DNA of 64,000 nucleotides, from NCBI RefSeq assembly GCF_964213995.1, contig NC_135808.1:22940001-23004000 (forward strand), given 5' to 3'. This DNA comes from Mustelus asterias (taxonomy: Eukaryota). The notes under the pieces are model-generated. The model was not told the origin of the DNA, did no database searches, and saw only the letters and a program-made list of their open reading frames with translations. Below are positions 61,103 to 64,000 of this stretch, piece after piece. The position numbers and the translations under genes were made by a program. Each line of letters opens with the position of its first letter. Within the stretch, counting starts at the first letter, position 1.

Positions 61103-64000
61103 GTGATGGTCAGTCCAACGCCGGCATCTCCACATCATGGGCATCATTCTAGTCGCAATCAACCCCTTACCCCTTTGCTTCCTGCCACTGAGCTAATTTG
61201 GGGTCTGATTTGTCAATGTCTCTTGGATCTCGATGAGTTTTACATTTCTGACCAGCCTGCCATGTGGGACCTTGTCCAAAGCATTATTAAAATGCATGTT
61301 GACCTTGTCCACCTCACTGCCCTCATCAACCCTCCTTCTCACCTCTTCCAAATTTTCAGTCAGAAAGCTTGAGATGAGCTCCCCTTAAATCCACGCTAAC
61401 TTCCCTCGACTAATCTGTGCCTTTCTCGATGAAGGTTTGTACCGTTCCTCATAATTGGTTCCAACAATGTTCCCACTGCCGAAGTTACACTAACTGGTGT
61501 ATAATTACTCAGATTGTCCCTTCTCTTTTCAATCCATGGTGTAATGTTGGCAGTCATTTAATCTTCTTCCACACTCCTGTAGCCCGGGAGGAATGATTCT
61601 GATGATCAGAGCCTCTGCAATTCCCTCCTTTGCTTCTTTTAACCCGGTGATTTACCATCTTTCAAAGTTATAAAATCCCTGAATACATCATCTCTTACAG
61701 TGTTTATCTGATGCAGTAATTCACACACTTCTTCTTTAACTGCAATGTCAGCATTGCTCCCTGTTTCCCAAAGACAGTGGCAATGTATTTATTCACAACC
61801 TCAACACATTCTCCCTCCTCTCTCACAGACTATCTTATTGGTGTCCACCAGGCCTTACTCTTTCCTTATCCTTTTCTCTTCAGGTACTTAAAGAACATCC
61901 TTGGAGGTTCCTTGATTTTTCTTGCCAGTATTTTGTCGTGCCCCCTCTCCTTTCCCAGTATTCCTCTCTCAGTATCTCTTCCAGGTTTCTGCATTGTTAG
62001 GCGTGAGGGGTCTGATGGATTTTGCTGCTGGTTTTTGTGGGGGTCTGATGGGTTTTGTTGGGTGTGTTCCAGCTCTGCTGGCTTTGCCTCAGTTTTTCTT
62101 TCTCATCCCCAGTGCCCTCCAGTGCATTCCAGGGTTTGTAATCTAGGAACACCAGTTCCCAAGAACAGCAGCGGGAGAGGATGAGAGAATGAGGGAAGAT
62201 GTGATTTCATCAAGGTGACAGCGACCGACTGATTCAAGCTCCACATATGTGATTCTGTTTAAATGGAACTGTGATGATGGTTTGGAAGTAATTGCTATAT
62301 CTGGAGCTGCACTTTCTGAGCTATTCTGATCTGAGCTGCTTATTCTGCACAGACACTAGAGGGCGATCTTATGAAAAATATTCTCTGTCCAGAAAGAGCA
62401 TGAAAATGGGAGAGTTTCTGATCCGTGTTTCAGGCGTATCCAAATCTACAATCTTATGCACTTGTTTCTCACCCTTGTAGGGGGAGGGGGCAGGTCTTAA
62501 ATAACCAGAATGCTGCCTGAAAGCAGCAGAGGACACCATTGCGCATCTGCAGGTCCCTCTGCTCTGAGCTGCAGAGAGACCTGTCACTCAGCCTCTGCTG
62601 CTTTCACCAGACCTCCATGGCCGAAACACGGACTCCCCAGCTGCCACGGCGGTCCGTGGCCTAATGCAACCCCTGATGGTCGGACCAATTGACCCCGTGA
62701 CACCCTACATGTCCGGACAGACCAAACCGCGCCTCTGGGACAGATTGAACCCCGTGACCCCCCTCCCCCTAATTCGGACCGACTTTCCCTGTCCATCCCA
62801 CCACCGATCGCAATGCAGTAGCCCCCGCTACTTCTCTCACTGATGGCAAATACTCAGTGGCAGTAGCCCCCCCACACCCCAAATTGCAAATGCATAGCGT
62901 GCAGCGCCCCGCCCCCATCACCACAGGTTGGTCCCACCCCAGTAGAGCCCCCCTCCAAATAATCAGGCTCCACACCCTTCCCACTCCCACTGCCTGGTGC
63001 GCACTTCGAAGATACCAGGCTGGCACTGCCCGCAAGGCACTCCCCCCAACCTCTCGGGGTGGCTTCAATGGCTTCTGGATCCACGAGCGAGGCATCGGGT
63101 CTGGTCCCTGTTGTGATTCTCGCTGGAGTGAACCTCTCCCGTGAGGCCACAGAGACGAGAGCCCAGATGATTGCGCCGCGGGCTCGCTCATTTTGTTCAA
63201 AACAGGTTTTAAATGTAGTCAAGTATTTTATTCAGCCTCGCGCCGCAATGTGTGAGAAATCGGGTGCGAATCTCATCTGTATTGAACTCATGAATTCCAA
63301 TATCTTCTGCCCTTTCCTGATTTTTTCTCTTCATGTCTGTTATTCATTGGTGAGTGTGTTTGTGTCACATCTCCCATTCCCAAGCACTCTGTCTGGGGAA
63401 ATAACAAACATTATTGAAATATCAGAGCTTTTGTATCAAACTGTCATCTGCAACTCCAAATGTCAGATCGCGGTAAATTTCGAATTCTTGTCACTGTTGG
63501 AAATATTGTTACACTTTGCAGTATTGGACACAATTGTTACCTGTATGTGTGTGTGTGTGTGTGTGTTATTAAAACAACAGAAAAGGTTTATTCTGCTCGG
63601 AGCTGAATGGGTTAATTCTAAATTAAAACACATTTGGTGAAGGAATTCACTGTCACCGCGATTTCAGAAAGTGACTGGGTTACAATGTTCTCAGAGTAAT
63701 GGCGGTTTCAGCAGAACAAAGATATTTCTTCATCTCTTGTGGATTCACCAATTCAAACTGGATACTTCCGAATAAAAACCTTGGAGCAAAATGGATTAGA
63801 AGATAAAGTCCCAATTGTTCCCCAGGGTTGTTTTTAAATGGAGATTTTAAAAACAAGAATAATCCATGAACAATCACCTTCAATTCATTCCTGAATTTGA
63901 AATTACACCATTAAAGCTTAAAAAAAATGACCCCACTCTGACAGATGTGAATTTGTATCTGGATTAGAGATCCCACATGTTTCACCCATTTCAACAGAGT

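Larger units (their letters stand above)
55300..64000. repeat. Inverted segmental duplication of about 11885-23350
   Basis: Collinear reverse-complement match. A third copy of the distal block is at about 43000-45280 and continues to 52500, matching 4920-11880 in pieces. Confidence 0.88.

Overview
Vertebrate genomic DNA, most likely from a cartilaginous fish (shark). The basis is HE1-type tRNA-derived SINEs, abundant CR1 LINEs, Penelope-like elements and shark-type MHC class I exons. The window holds four paralogous MHC class I heavy-chain loci arranged A(-) B(-) <-> C(+) D(+). B, C and D are intact 7-exon genes with identical coding-exon sizes (64/261/273/264/105/33/47 nt; 348 aa) and GT-AG junctions. 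A is a pseudogene with several lesions. All four lack part of the classical peptide-anchoring residue set, so they look nonclassical. Alpha1/alpha2 diverge strongly between copies while alpha3 and TM are nearly identical. The loci sit in roughly 20-25 kb duplicated units forming a large, mosaic inverted duplication. Unusual features include intronic minisatellites built from the genes' own splice signals, a G-rich array at the alpha2/alpha3 boundary, minimal hammerhead-ribozyme motifs in Penelope-derived ends, and retroelement insertion footprints. All coordinates and identities were read by eye; no database search was run.
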